Source: Terriglobia bacterium (GTDB lineage: Bacteria; Acidobacteriota; Terriglobia; JAJPHL01; JAPKYU01). Taken from it: a DNA stretch of 64,000 nt. Numbering within the stretch: the first letter of the stretch is position 1; every line of letters starts with the position of its first letter. The stretch spans positions 160,001 through 224,000 of the forward strand of contig CBDCVK010000005.1 of assembly GCA_965223005.1 (NCBI GenBank). Direction: 5' to 3'. Below are positions 17,023-27,354 of the stretch, one piece after another. Position numbers and translations under genes: made by a program. The notes below the pieces were generated by a model, which ran no database searches, was not told where the DNA came from, and saw nothing but the letters and a program-made list of their open reading frames with translations.

Positions 17023-17676
17023 CTACAGGCCTTGCAGGAAGGGATTCTCGGCGCGCTCGCGGCCAATGGTGGTCAGCGGGCCGTGACCCGGCACCACCAC
17101 GGTGTCGTCGTCAAGCGCCAGCAATTTGGTTTGGAGCGAACGCAAGATTTGGTCGGTGTCGCCGCCGGGCAGATCCGTTCGTCCGATGCTGCCCTGAAAC
17201 AGGGTGTCGCCGGCGAACAACTTCTTGCTGCCTCCAGCGTCGGGAAAGTACAGGCAGACGCTGCCCTCCGTATGACCGGGGCTGTGAAGGACGCTGCCAG
17301 TAGCCGGCCCGACGCGTACCGTGTCGCCTTCCCGCAGCAGCGCGTCGGGCGCGTCGAGCGCTTCCGGCGCCTCGCTCTCGGGGAGCCCGATCATCTGCGC
17401 CTGCTGCGGCAGTGCTTGCGCCAGCCACAGGTCAGCCTCGTGCAAGTAGACCGGCGCGCCTGTGGCCTGCTTGAGCTTCCTGGCCCCCCCGATGTGATCA
17501 ATGTGGGCGTGGGTGACCGCGATCAAGGTGAGCTTCAGGCGGTGTCGGCGCAGCACTGCCAGGATGCGCTCGATCTCGTCGCCAGGGTCTATGACGATCG
17601 CTTCCCCGCCCTCCTGGTCGCCAAAGATCGAGCAATTGCACTGCAACAAGCCTACCGGCAGAATCTCGTGGATCAT
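17023..17676 (-). CDS. MBL-fold metallo-hydrolase (glyoxalase II/YcbL-like)
   Basis: THAHIDHIGG, PGHTEGS, FAGDTLF, PGHG; ATG at 17676. Confidence 0.92.
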   Translation of the reverse strand: MIHEILPVGLLQCNCSIFGDQEGGEAIVIDPGDEIERILAVLRRHRLKLTLIAVTHAHIDHIGGARKLKQATGAPVYLHEADLWLAQALPQQAQMIGLPESEAPEALDAPDALLREGDTVRVGPATGSVLHSPGHTEGSVCLYFPDAGGSKKLFAGDTLFQGSIGRTDLPGGDTDQILRSLQTKLLALDDDTVVVPGHGPLTTIGRERAENPFLQGL

Positions 17677-17825
17677 GCCACAGACGACCTCATGTTTAGC
17701 ACGGCATCCTCCTGGAGCTTTCATTATAGTGGGGGTGGCGTTATAGCGGCTGGAATGCCGCTTGCCAGTTTTACCCCCAAGGGTGTATTCAACCCTTAGG
17801 AGGTTGGTTGACAAGTCGGCTTGTC

Positions 17826-18887
17826 ATGCGCACTGTCCTCAACTCGGTTCACACCGCTGCGGGCGCGCAGTTCTGCGCTTACCACGGCTGGGAGATTCCG
17901 GAAAACTTTGGCAGCGTGGAGGCCGAATACCAGGCGCTGCGGCGCGCAGCGGGCATCGTGGACCTTTCCTTCCGTGGGAAGCTGGTCGCCACCGGAGAAG
18001 ACCGCGCGCGCTTCCTGCAAGGCATGGTGTCGAACGACGTGGAACAGCTTCAGCCCGGCCAAGGCAATTACTGCTTCCTGCTCAACGCCCAGGGACACAT
18101 CCTGGCTGACCTGAACGTGCTGGTCCAGCCCGAGCGTCTGCTGCTGGACTGCGAGCCGTTCCTCACCGAGGAGCTGCGGACGACGCTGGAGCGCTACATC
18201 ATCATGGACGAAGTGGAGTTGGAGGACCGCTCGGCGCATCTGGGGACGCTAGCGGTCGAGGGACCGGCAACTCCACAGGTGGTGTCGGCGGCGTTAGGCG
18301 TGGACGAACTACCGGCCGAGCCCCTGGCTCACCTGAGTCCGGACGGGAATCCCGACTTCCTGCTGGTCCGAACCGCTCTGACCGGGGAAGGGTTCTGGAT
18401 TGTGGCTCCGGTCGAGCGCCTACCGGAACTGTGGCAGGCGCTGGTGGAAGCAGCCCGCCCGCTGGGCGGACGGCCCGTGGGATTCGCGGCATTGGAAGTG
18501 GCTCGCATCGAGGCTGGCACCCCGCGCTACGGCGCCGACATCGAAGAGAACAACATCCCTCAGGAAACCGGCCAGTTCCGCGCCCTCAGCTTCACCAAGG
18601 GCTGCTACCTGGGACAGGAAATCGTCGAGCGCGTGCGCTCGCGGGGCAAAGTGAATCGCAAGATGGTGGGGCTGGTGGCACCGGCCGGGGCTCCGCTGCG
18701 GGTCGGGATGAAGATCGCGGCCGGCGACCGCGACATTGGCCGCGTCACGAGCGCCGCCCACTCCTTCGCCCTGGGCAAACCTATCGCCCTGGCCTACCTC
18801 CGCCACGAATTCTCCCAGCCAGGAGCGCAGGTCCAGGTGGAAGGCATGACAGCCGAAGTTTCCCCGCTTCCCTTCCCCGGAGTGTAA
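17826..18887 (+). CDS. YgfZ/GcvT-family folate-binding aminomethyltransferase-like protein
   Basis: DLSFRGK, FLQGMVSND, YgfZ signature KGCYLGQE. Confidence 0.88.
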   Translation: MRTVLNSVHTAAGAQFCAYHGWEIPENFGSVEAEYQALRRAAGIVDLSFRGKLVATGEDRARFLQGMVSNDVEQLQPGQGNYCFLLNAQGHILADLNVLVQPERLLLDCEPFLTEELRTTLERYIIMDEVELEDRSAHLGTLAVEGPATPQVVSAALGVDELPAEPLAHLSPDGNPDFLLVRTALTGEGFWIVAPVERLPELWQALVEAARPLGGRPVGFAALEVARIEAGTPRYGADIEENNIPQETGQFRALSFTKGCYLGQEIVERVRSRGKVNRKMVGLVAPAGAPLRVGMKIAAGDRDIGRVTSAAHSFALGKPIALAYLRHEFSQPGAQVQVEGMTAEVSPLPFPGV

Positions 18888-18901
18888 GTCACCTAACATT
18901 C

Positions 18902-19372
18902 CTAGATCCAGCGGCGGACAGTGCGCTTGTAGCGCAAGTATTCCTCGCCGAACTTGTTTTCCAAGTAGCGTTCCTCGCGGAGGATTACGCCGTAGTGCAT
19001 GACGGTCAGAGTCGGGGCGAACAACCCCAAAATCCAGATGCTGTCGGCCGCGATACCGACGCCCACGTACAAAAGACTCAACGAGATGTAGGACGGGTTG
19101 CGGGAAAAGCGATAAGGACCGCCGGTGATTAACACGGTAGTCGCCTGGCGCGGATCGAAATTCGTCCCCGCCCTGTGGAATTGGAGAAGGACAAAAGGCA
19201 TTATGCAGCCGCTGCCGGTAATTACCACAAACCCGATCCTGTACTGAACACTGTCTGGCAACAGCGGGAGGGGAAACAGGAGATCGAACGCGATCCCGAT
19301 CCCCAGGAACGCCAAGTAAATGACAGGAGGGAGAGCGATCACCCCAGCGGCATCTGTCTTGGCAGGGCTCAC
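18902..19372 (-). CDS. Isoprenylcysteine carboxyl methyltransferase/PEMT family membrane protein
   Basis: GPYRFSRNPSY, EERYLENKFGEEYLRYKRTVRRW. Confidence 0.88.
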   Translation of the reverse strand: MSPAKTDAAGVIALPPVIYLAFLGIGIAFDLLFPLPLLPDSVQYRIGFVVITGSGCIMPFVLLQFHRAGTNFDPRQATTVLITGGPYRFSRNPSYISLSLLYVGVGIAADSIWILGLFAPTLTVMHYGVILREERYLENKFGEEYLRYKRTVRRWI

Positions 19373-19375
19373 CGC

Positions 19376-19879
19376 TCAGGCCAGATTCAGGGCTTTTTTG
19401 AAGGAGCCGCGCTCGGCCTCGATCTTTTTTTGCAGCAGCGTGATGGCGTAGATCAACTGCTCGGGCCGGGGCGGGCAGCCGGGCACGTAGACGTCCACCG
19501 GGATGACCTGGTTGACTCCCTGCACCAGGGCGTAGTTGTTGAACACGCCGCCGGAGGTGGCGCAGGCCCCCATCGAGATCACCCACTTGGGCTCGGGCAT
19601 CTGCTCGTAAAGGTGGCGGATGACGGGCGCCATCTTTTGCGAGACGCGGCCGGCGATAATCATCAGGTCGGCCTGGCGGGGCGAGGCACGGAACACCTCG
19701 GCGCCGAAGCGGGCGATATCAAAGCGGGCGGCGCTCATCGACATCATCTCGATGGCGCAACAGGCCAGGCCGAAGGTCATCGGCCAAATCGACGACTTGC
19801 GCCCCCAGTTGACCACCTTGTCTAAGTTCGTGGTGAGGACGCCTTCCCAGCCCTGATCGCCGCTTTGCAGTGTGCCCAC
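19376..19879 (-). CDS. nuoB: NADH-quinone oxidoreductase subunit B (stand-alone copy)
   Basis: [25 protein letters not shown]. Confidence 0.93.
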   Translation of the reverse strand: MGTLQSGDQGWEGVLTTNLDKVVNWGRKSSIWPMTFGLACCAIEMMSMSAARFDIARFGAEVFRASPRQADLMIIAGRVSQKMAPVIRHLYEQMPEPKWVISMGACATSGGVFNNYALVQGVNQVIPVDVYVPGCPPRPEQLIYAITLLQKKIEAERGSFKKALNLA

Positions 19880-19903
19880 GTTATGATTTTATCCGGAAAC
19901 AGC

Positions 19904-20932
19904 TCAGGGGTGTAGCAGAATCTTGCCGAACAGCTCGCGCTGCTCCATGCGCCGGTGAGCTGCCTGCGCCTCGGCCAGCGGGAAGCGGCAGTCAATCACC
20001 GGCTTGAGCTGGCGCCGGAACAGGAACGGCAGCACTTCCAGCAACTCCGCTTTGCTGCCCATGAAGGAACCTAATAGGGAGAGCTGGCGAGCAAACAGGT
20101 AGCGAAGATCGACGCGCACGTCGGCGCCGGTGGTGGCGCCGCAGGTGACCAGCCGCCCGCCGGGCGCCAGGCACATCAGGCTCTTCTCCCAGGTGGCGGC
20201 GCCCACGTGCTCGAAGACCACGTCCACACCCCGCTTCTGAGTGAGTCGCTTCACTTCCTGGTAAAAATCCTGCGTGCTGTGATTGAGCACCTCGTTGGCG
20301 CCCAGTTCGCGTGCCTTGGCGAGCTTCGCCTCGGTGCCGGCGGTGGCGATCACGCGGGCCTCGAACAGCCTGGCGATCTGCACAGCAGCGCTGCCCACGC
20401 CGCTTCCCGCGCCCAGCACCAGCACCTCCTCGCCGGCGCGCAGCTGCGCGCGGTCAAGCAGCATGTGCCAAGCAGTGAGAAACACGAGCGGCACGGCGGA
20501 GGCCTCGTCAAACGAGAAATCGTCCGGGATCGGGATGGCGTTCACCTCCGGGGCCGTGACCAGCTCGGCGTAGCCACCATCGCGCACAATGCCGAAGATC
20601 GAGTACTGGCGGCAGAGATTGTCGCGGCCTTGCAGACAAGCCTGACAAAGTCCGCAACTATGGCCAGGGGCAATCAGGACGCGATCGCCGGGAGCGAGCT
20701 TGCTGACGCTTTCACCCACCCGGACGACTTCCCCGGCGATGTCGCTGCCCACAATGCGCGGCAGCAGCATCGGGCGGCCGGGCAGCCCGCGGCGCAGCCA
20801 CAGGTCCAGGTGGTTCATGGCGCAAGCGCGCACGCGCACCAGCACCTCGCCGGGCGGCACGGCCGGCTCCGGCGCATCTTCGTAGCGCAGCACCTCCGGC
20901 CCGCCATGCTCGTGAAATCGTACAGCCTTCAT
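19904..20932 (-). CDS. Zinc-binding MDR dehydrogenase / quinone oxidoreductase
   Basis: Structural zinc CGLCQAC...C, GAGSGVG, GKILL. Confidence 0.9.
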   Translation of the reverse strand: MKAVRFHEHGGPEVLRYEDAPEPAVPPGEVLVRVRACAMNHLDLWLRRGLPGRPMLLPRIVGSDIAGEVVRVGESVSKLAPGDRVLIAPGHSCGLCQACLQGRDNLCRQYSIFGIVRDGGYAELVTAPEVNAIPIPDDFSFDEASAVPLVFLTAWHMLLDRAQLRAGEEVLVLGAGSGVGSAAVQIARLFEARVIATAGTEAKLAKARELGANEVLNHSTQDFYQEVKRLTQKRGVDVVFEHVGAATWEKSLMCLAPGGRLVTCGATTGADVRVDLRYLFARQLSLLGSFMGSKAELLEVLPFLFRRQLKPVIDCRFPLAEAQAAHRRMEQRELFGKILLHP

Positions 20933-21011
20933 CGTTTCCTCGGCAGAGCTTCAATCTGCCATAGCGGGCGGGTGATAGCGTCCAGGGCGGTCCAAGGCAT
21001 CCAGAGACAAT

Positions 21012-21698
21012 TCAAGCCTTGTCAGACTGGCGCAGGACGAAGGTTCCGATACGTTGGCGGTCTTCCGGGCTCAAGCGAGTGAAGCGGACCCCAACACGGT
21101 GTTGGCTGCCCAATCGGATCACAACCCCCTCTGCATTAATCGGGTCCGCACGCTTGGGCAGGCGGAAGAACACCCGCATTTCGCTGCCGGGAGGCGGCGC
21201 ACCCTCGGCTTGGAGATGAATTCCATCCTGGCTGATGTTAAGGGTTCTGCCTGTGATCTTGCGCATGCCCAATAGGCACTCCACTTCGGTCTCCAAGGCC
21301 GCGCGCAGTACCCGGCGGCGCTCTCCCAGCATGGCCCCGTGCACGGAGTTGAACAAGTGGGTCAGCTTTTGCTTATCGACAGGCTTGGCAAAAAAAAAGG
21401 TTGCCCCGGCATCAAACGCCAGTTTCATCGTTTGTTGCTCTATCGCTCTGGTGATGACCATCACGGGGGTAAATCGGTTCCAGGAAGACTGGCGGATCTG
21501 ACGAGTCAGCGTGAAGCCATCTACTTCGGGCATCAACAGCTCGAGAAAGATTCCGTCATACTTTTCCTTTTGGATCAAAATGGACGCCTGCCGGCTGTCG
21601 CTGACAGGCCGAGTCTCCACTTCCAGCGAAGTGAGAACGTCGCATATGAGATTCAGCACAGGGGCGTCGTCATCTACAACCAAGACTCGTAGCGCCAT
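21012..21698 (-). CDS. Receiver (REC) + PilZ domain protein
   Basis: VLVVDDD...MP..DG...T...KP; PilZ motifs RRVLR and NISQDG. Confidence 0.88.
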   Translation of the reverse strand: MALRVLVVDDDAPVLNLICDVLTSLEVETRPVSDSRQASILIQKEKYDGIFLELLMPEVDGFTLTRQIRQSSWNRFTPVMVITRAIEQQTMKLAFDAGATFFFAKPVDKQKLTHLFNSVHGAMLGERRRVLRAALETEVECLLGMRKITGRTLNISQDGIHLQAEGAPPPGSEMRVFFRLPKRADPINAEGVVIRLGSQHRVGVRFTRLSPEDRQRIGTFVLRQSDKA

Positions 21699-21862
21699 AC
21701 CGGACGGGTCCTATCAGGCCTTTTCCGAAAATGAAGTATCGCATTTTTTCTGCGGAAACGTGGACTCTGTGACTCAGGTTTTGTGCGTTTCAGCCAATTT
21801 CCACTCGACACTTCCGTGGGAGAGTACCTCAGGTGCTGCCCAATCGTGTTAGCATAACTCCG

Positions 21863-22675
21863 ATGGACCTGTTGGAGGAACTGGTACGGCTGCGACGGGC
21901 CGGACAGAAGGCTGCCCTGGCCACGATCGTCGGCGTCCGCGGCTCCATCCCCAGCCACGAGAGCGCCAAGCTGCTGGTGCGCGAGGACGGCAGCATGCTG
22001 GGTACGGTCGGCGGCGGCTGCGTGGAAGCCGAGGTCTGGAACGCGGCGCGCGAAGTGATCGAAACCGAGAAGCCGCGCAAGATGTCTTTCAATCTCGCAG
22101 GCGAGGCCCTCTACGACAACGGTCTGATCTGCGGCGGCCAGCTGGACGTCTTCATCGAGGCCATCCTGCCGGTCCAGACGGCCTACATCTTCGGCGCCGG
22201 TCATGTTTCTCTGAGCCTCTCCAAGATGGCCTCGCTGGCCGGCTTCTGCACTGTAGTGGTGGACGACCGCGAGCAGTTCGCGAACCGCGAACGTTTCCCC
22301 GAGGCGGACGAAATCTATGCCGCGGAGTTTGAGGAGGTCTTCCCCAAGCTGACTGTCAACGACTCCTCGCACCTGGTCATCGTCACCCGCGGGCACAAGG
22401 ACGACATGCGTGTGTTGCGCTGGGCAGTGAGCACGCCGGCGCGCTACATTGGCATGATCGGCAGCAAGCGCAAGGCCATCGAGGTGCTGAAGACGCTGGA
22501 GAAGGAAGGCCTGCCGCGCCAGCAACTGGAGCGCCTCCACTCACCCATGGGCCTGGAGATCGGTGCCATTTCTCCTGAAGAGATCGCCGTCAGTGTGGTC
22601 GCCGAGATGATCGCCGCGCGTAGAGGCGCTCAGATCTCCCAGCCGGTCACCAAATCCATCTTCGCCGCCAGTTAG
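21863..22675 (+). CDS. xdhC: XdhC/CoxI family molybdoenzyme maturation factor
   Basis: GTVGGGCVE, ICGG, FGAGHV, VDDR, YIGMIGS, SPEEIAVS. Confidence 0.9.
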   Translation: MDLLEELVRLRRAGQKAALATIVGVRGSIPSHESAKLLVREDGSMLGTVGGGCVEAEVWNAAREVIETEKPRKMSFNLAGEALYDNGLICGGQLDVFIEAILPVQTAYIFGAGHVSLSLSKMASLAGFCTVVVDDREQFANRERFPEADEIYAAEFEEVFPKLTVNDSSHLVIVTRGHKDDMRVLRWAVSTPARYIGMIGSKRKAIEVLKTLEKEGLPRQQLERLHSPMGLEIGAISPEEIAVSVVAEMIAARRGAQISQPVTKSIFAAS

Positions 22676-22690
22676 GCGGACGGCCCTGTC

Positions 22691-23341
22691 ATGGTCCCCC
22701 AGCCGGGTTCAGCATCCACCACCGAACCGCAGCGGCCACCCGCCGGCGTGATCCTTTCCGCAGGCGAATCCTCCCGCATGGGCTCCCCCAAAGCGCTGCT
22801 TCCGTATCGCGGCACAACGTTTCTGGAACACCTGGTGTACCTGCTGCTGAGCCGGGTGGAGCCGCTGCTGGTGGTGCTGGGTCATGGTGCAGACCGCATC
22901 CGCGAGGCCGTGCGTCTGCCGCCACAGGTGCGTGTCTTGCTCAACCAGGACTATCGGCTGGGCCAGCTCTCCTCGCTGCAGACCGCCATCCGGGCGCTAG
23001 AAGGTAGCCCAGTCTCCGGGCTGCTGGTCGTTCCCGTGGACCATCCCTCCGTGGAACCGGAGGTGGTGGCGGCGCTGCTCAAGACCTTCGCCGCCGAACA
23101 GCCCGAAGTGCTGCTGCCGACCTTTGAAGGCCGGCGCGGTCATCCAGTAGTCTTCTCGGCTCGATTGTTTGCTGAACTGCTGGCCGCGCCGCTGGAGGAG
23201 GGCGCGCGCGTCGTGGTTCGCCGGCACGCCGCGCGCGAGCTGCCGGTCCATGACGCCGGCATCCTTGCCAACATTGACACCCCGGACAGCTATCGCCGAC
23301 TGGTGGGCGGCTCATTGCTTTCGGGATCCAAGTGTTGCTAG
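22691..23341 (+). CDS. MobA/MocA-like nucleotidyltransferase (molybdenum cofactor cytidylyltransferase-like)
   Basis: LSAGESSRMGSPK, VDHP, GHPV, NIDTP; follows xdhC. Confidence 0.85.
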   Translation: MVPQPGSASTTEPQRPPAGVILSAGESSRMGSPKALLPYRGTTFLEHLVYLLLSRVEPLLVVLGHGADRIREAVRLPPQVRVLLNQDYRLGQLSSLQTAIRALEGSPVSGLLVVPVDHPSVEPEVVAALLKTFAAEQPEVLLPTFEGRRGHPVVFSARLFAELLAAPLEEGARVVVRRHAARELPVHDAGILANIDTPDSYRRLVGGSLLSGSKCC

Positions 23342-23365
23342 CCCTAAAACCTCATGAGGAGATGA

Positions 23366-23671
23366 TTGATGCTGTTCTTCGTGAAAGTACGCGTTGAGCC
23401 AAAAGAGCTGTCGCTAGATCAGTTGTGGGACATCTGGGAAGAAGAGAATGTAGCGAGCCTGAAGGCCAAAGCCGCCGGCAAGCTTGTTGGGCTTTACAAA
23501 GTGTCCGGGCAGCGCCGCGTGTTGGCCATCGTAAACGCGGAATCTCATGATGAACTGGACCAGATTCTGATGGCCAAGCTTCCCATGGCGCACTACCTGG
23601 AGATTGAGGAGATCGTGCCAGTGCGCGAGTATGAAGCCTTCTCTGCCGACATCAAACGCCGCTGGAAGTAA
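23366..23671 (+). CDS. Muconolactone delta-isomerase family protein
   Basis: About 100 aa; MLFFVK, LYKVSG, ESHDEL..IL..LPM..YLEIE resemble the CatC fold; AGGAG RBS. Confidence 0.72.
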   Translation: MMLFFVKVRVEPKELSLDQLWDIWEEENVASLKAKAAGKLVGLYKVSGQRRVLAIVNAESHDELDQILMAKLPMAHYLEIEEIVPVREYEAFSADIKRRWK

Positions 23672-23741
23672 TGATTCCTCAGCGGTTTCCAAGCCGCGCG
23701 CGCAAGCAAGCGGTCCACGAAATCTGTTTCTCAGCACCCTG

Positions 23742-24938
23742 CTAGGAGCGGAGGCGCTGGAGGCGGCGGCCGGCTTCCTCCAGGGTTTCGTCTCGCTTGC
23801 AGAATGCAAAGCGCACTTGCTGGCGGCCGGCGGCCGGGTCGCGATAGAAGCTGGAGCCGGGCACCACGGCAATGCCGATTTCGCGCACCAGGTAGTCGGT
23901 AAATTCCACGTCACTCGCGAAGCCGAGGCGGGCGATGTCGGTCATGACGTAGTAGGCGCCCTCGGGCGGGTAGCAAAGGAAGCCAGCGGCCTCGAGATGG
24001 GGCAGCAGCAGGTCGCGGCGAGCGCGGTAGTCTGCGGCCAGGCGCTGGTAATATTCGTCGGGCAAGGCACAGGCCACGGCGCCGGCCTCCTGCAAGGGCG
24101 CGGCGGCGCCCACCGTGAGGAAGTCGTGCACCTTGCGGATGCCGGCGGTGAGCGCCGGGGCGGCAATGGCCCAACCCACTCGCCAACCGGTGACACTGTA
24201 GGTCTTGCCAATGCCGCTGATGATGACCGTGCGCTCGCGCATGCCGTCCAGGGTGGCCATGGACAGGTGAGGGCGGGGGCCGTAGACAATGTGCTCGTAG
24301 ATCTCATCCGTGAGGGCCACCACATTCCACTCGCAGCACAAGCGCGCAATCACCTCCAGCTCTTCCCTGGGAAAGACCTTGCCGGTGGGGTTGTTCGGAG
24401 TGTTCAGGATGATGGCCCGAGTGCGGTTGCTGAAGGCGGCGCGCAACTCGCGCTCGTCGAAGGTCCAGTCGGGCGGGCGCAGCTTCACAAAGCGCGGCAC
24501 GGCGCCTGACAGGATGGCGTCCGGGCCGTAGTTCTCGTAGAAGGGCTCAAAGATCACTACCTCCTCGCCTGGATCCACGATCGCAAGCAGCGAGGCGATC
24601 ATGGCCTCCGTGCAGCCGCAGGTGATGGTGACCTCGGTTTCCGGATCCACCTTCAGGCCCCCGTCAAGGCCCCCCTTGCCAAGGAAGCGCTGCGCCTTCG
24701 CCGCCACCGCCTCGCGCATCGAGCGCGCGCCCCAGGTGATCGCGTACTGATTGATGTCGGCGTCAATGGCGCGCTTGGCCGCTTCCTTGAGCTCGCGCGG
24801 GGCGGGAAAGTCGGGGAAACCCTGGGCCATGTTGACCGCTCCGTAGCGCATTGCCAGCCGGGTCATCTCGCGGATGACCGACTCGGTGAACTGACTCGCC
24901 TTGTGGGAGATCACCGCGCGTTTCAGCCCCGGCTGCAT
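23742..24938 (-). CDS. Class I/II PLP-dependent aminotransferase (YbdL/kynurenine aminotransferase-like)
   Basis: NMAQGFPDF, EPFYENY, NTPNNPTG, DEIYEH, GKTYSVTGWRVG. Confidence 0.92.
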   Translation of the reverse strand: MQPGLKRAVISHKASQFTESVIREMTRLAMRYGAVNMAQGFPDFPAPRELKEAAKRAIDADINQYAITWGARSMREAVAAKAQRFLGKGGLDGGLKVDPETEVTITCGCTEAMIASLLAIVDPGEEVVIFEPFYENYGPDAILSGAVPRFVKLRPPDWTFDERELRAAFSNRTRAIILNTPNNPTGKVFPREELEVIARLCCEWNVVALTDEIYEHIVYGPRPHLSMATLDGMRERTVIISGIGKTYSVTGWRVGWAIAAPALTAGIRKVHDFLTVGAAAPLQEAGAVACALPDEYYQRLAADYRARRDLLLPHLEAAGFLCYPPEGAYYVMTDIARLGFASDVEFTDYLVREIGIAVVPGSSFYRDPAAGRQQVRFAFCKRDETLEEAGRRLQRLRS

Positions 24939-25002
24939 CGGTTCTAGGTTATACAACACGCGAGAGCGAATGAAGTCCCTTCTGGCAGGCGGGAGCTTGC
25001 CG

Positions 25003-27354
25003 TTAGTGCTTGCCGGTGTAAAGACGGCGGTAGACGGCAACGTTGCGCAGGACCGCCTTAACGTAGTTGCGTGTTTCGGTGAAGGGGACGCTCTCGATGA
25101 ACTCGGCCGGATCGCGGTACTTCCCCCGGGCCAGCCAGGCGTCCACCCGGCCCGGACCGGCATTGTAGCTGGCCAGGGCCGCCTCCAGTCGCCCGTCATA
25201 GCGCCGAAGCACCTGGGAGAGGTACTGCGTGCCCAGCTCAACGTTAGTCTGTGGATCGAACAACCGCGTTCGGCTCGGCCGCGGCTTACCCATCTTGCGG
25301 GCCACGAGCCGGGCGGTGGAAGGCAGCAGTTGCATCAGGCCGCGGGCGCCGGCACGCAAGACGGCCCGCGGCTGGAAAGCCGACTCCTGCCGGATGAGGG
25401 CCGCAACCAGATACGGGTCCAGCCCGCGCCGTTCGGCCTCCGCTTCCACCAGCAGCCACCAAGGGAGCGGAAAAACCAGCTCCCACTCCTTCTGTCCCAG
25501 CTCTTCCGGGGGATAGGCGAGGTAGTTGGGGAATGCCTTGCGAAAATACCGGATGGCGTGCAAGAACCTGCCCCGGTTGTGTTCCAAGCGCGCCAGGTCC
25601 AGCTGCAGGTGGCGGAACGCGGTGGCGTCGTCCGCCGCGGATTGCAACTCCAGCGCCGCCAGGTCCAGCAGCCAGGCAGCCTCCAACGCCTGGGCGCGAA
25701 GCCGGCGCGCCAGGAATTCTACCGGCAGCCCCACTCCAATGGGGTCTGGCCGGTAGGTGGGCACGGCCGCCAAAACGCCGGCTACGTTGCTGGGCACGGT
25801 GCTCGCCGGTACCACCCAGCCGCCGCCCCGGCCGGCCGCAGCGGATCTATCGTTCAGCCTCCGCCTCGCCATCGTGCCGTAGAAATACTGCGGGAAATTC
25901 TCGCTGGTTTTGCGAAAGTAGGCCAGGGCGACGGCGGGTTGCTGGTTCTCGGCAAGGCGGCCAAGCCAGTACAACGCGGCTGCCACCGTCGTGCTGTTCG
26001 GGAAGCGGAGGACCTGTTGCTCCAACAGCCGCCGCGCCGACTCAAAACGTCCCGACCGGTAGTGCTTCCAGGCCACGCGCCAGTGCGCCCGCTCTGCATC
26101 CTTCCCGGATGAAAACTTCTGGTAGAGCGTTCGATAGTAGCTCTCGTAGAGGGCTTCGTCGCGCCTAAGGAAATAGAAGTTCCCTGCGGAAAACAGCGCC
26201 TTCCCATGCCAGGGAGAATCAGGAAACTCGCGGCCCAGGCGGCTTACTGTCTGGCGGAAAGCCGACGTCCGCCGCCGCCGGCGATGGCACTCTCCCAAGT
26301 AATAGAGGCGTTCGGCGGCAACCGAAGCGCTGGCCGGTCGCAGCCGCGGGAGCGAGGCGCAAGCCGTCCCCCTCCTCCTGCCGCGGTAAGCGGCGGCGGC
26401 GGCCCGGACCAGCGCGTCCTCGCGTTCGGCGCCCGAGACCGCGGTAGCCAGTTGCCGGTAGGCTTCCTGCGCCGCACGAAACTGCCGCGCTTCAAACAGC
26501 CGCTCCGCCCGTTGTTTGCGCAGGGCAACAGGTGCCGCAGGAATTTTCCTCTTGGCCTTACGTCTCAGTCGCTGGATTTCCTGCTCGGCCTGTTTGGCCT
26601 CCTGCGAGGCCGGATAAAGGTAGTAGGCCTGGCGGTACGCCTCGATGGCGGTGCGCCCATTGCCCGCCGCGGCATACGCCCGGCCCAGCAGCAGGTCCGC
26701 CTGTGGCCGCTTCAGGTCTCGCCCCGACGCTTTGAGAAACTGGACCGCGGCGGCAGGCTGAGCGGCCTGGATCAGGGTTTCGGCTTGTGCCGCCGCCGCC
26801 CGCGCCCGCAGCGAGCTATGCGGGTGTCGCTGCCGGAAGCCGTTCCACACCTGGAGAGCTTCCTGATGTCGCCCCAACTGGTGCAGTGCGCGCCCCAGGT
26901 AGTAGTCCAGATAGTCGCGCACCGGCGAGACGAGGTTTCGACCGCCGCGCAGAACGAGCACGGCATCCTCGAGTTCGCCTTCCTGAATGGCGCGGTAGCC
27001 GAGCGCCAAGTAGGCCAGGGCACCGGCCTGGTGGTTGGCATGCTTGGCGGCGAAGCGCAGCAGCGCTCGACGAGCATCGGGGGTGGGCGAATCCAGGAAA
27101 CTCTGGCTGGCTGTCCGAAGCCGGCTCATCACCGGGTCGGCGAGCAGTGGGTTGGCGTGAGGCCGGATCCCGGTGCCGGCAAGTGTGGACTGGGGCCGCG
27201 TCCGGGTCTTCTGCTTCGCGGGGCTCGCTGATCCCTTACGCCGCGCGCGCTGGGCCGCGTCTGCTGGCGGCGGCTCCAGCACCAAACCGAGGCCTACAAG
27301 CAGCAGGAGGAAGCAACCGAGGAAGAGGGCAAATGACCGTTGAAACCAACTCAT
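25003..27354 (-). CDS. Soluble lytic transglycosylase (SLT) with TPR superhelix
   Basis: N-terminal TM/signal, TPRs, catalytic IRQES, GLMQL, ASYNAG, ETRNYV. Confidence 0.92.
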   Translation of the reverse strand: MSWFQRSFALFLGCFLLLLVGLGLVLEPPPADAAQRARRKGSASPAKQKTRTRPQSTLAGTGIRPHANPLLADPVMSRLRTASQSFLDSPTPDARRALLRFAAKHANHQAGALAYLALGYRAIQEGELEDAVLVLRGGRNLVSPVRDYLDYYLGRALHQLGRHQEALQVWNGFRQRHPHSSLRARAAAAQAETLIQAAQPAAAVQFLKASGRDLKRPQADLLLGRAYAAAGNGRTAIEAYRQAYYLYPASQEAKQAEQEIQRLRRKAKRKIPAAPVALRKQRAERLFEARQFRAAQEAYRQLATAVSGAEREDALVRAAAAAYRGRRRGTACASLPRLRPASASVAAERLYYLGECHRRRRRTSAFRQTVSRLGREFPDSPWHGKALFSAGNFYFLRRDEALYESYYRTLYQKFSSGKDAERAHWRVAWKHYRSGRFESARRLLEQQVLRFPNSTTVAAALYWLGRLAENQQPAVALAYFRKTSENFPQYFYGTMARRRLNDRSAAAGRGGGWVVPASTVPSNVAGVLAAVPTYRPDPIGVGLPVEFLARRLRAQALEAAWLLDLAALELQSAADDATAFRHLQLDLARLEHNRGRFLHAIRYFRKAFPNYLAYPPEELGQKEWELVFPLPWWLLVEAEAERRGLDPYLVAALIRQESAFQPRAVLRAGARGLMQLLPSTARLVARKMGKPRPSRTRLFDPQTNVELGTQYLSQVLRRYDGRLEAALASYNAGPGRVDAWLARGKYRDPAEFIESVPFTETRNYVKAVLRNVAVYRRLYTGKH

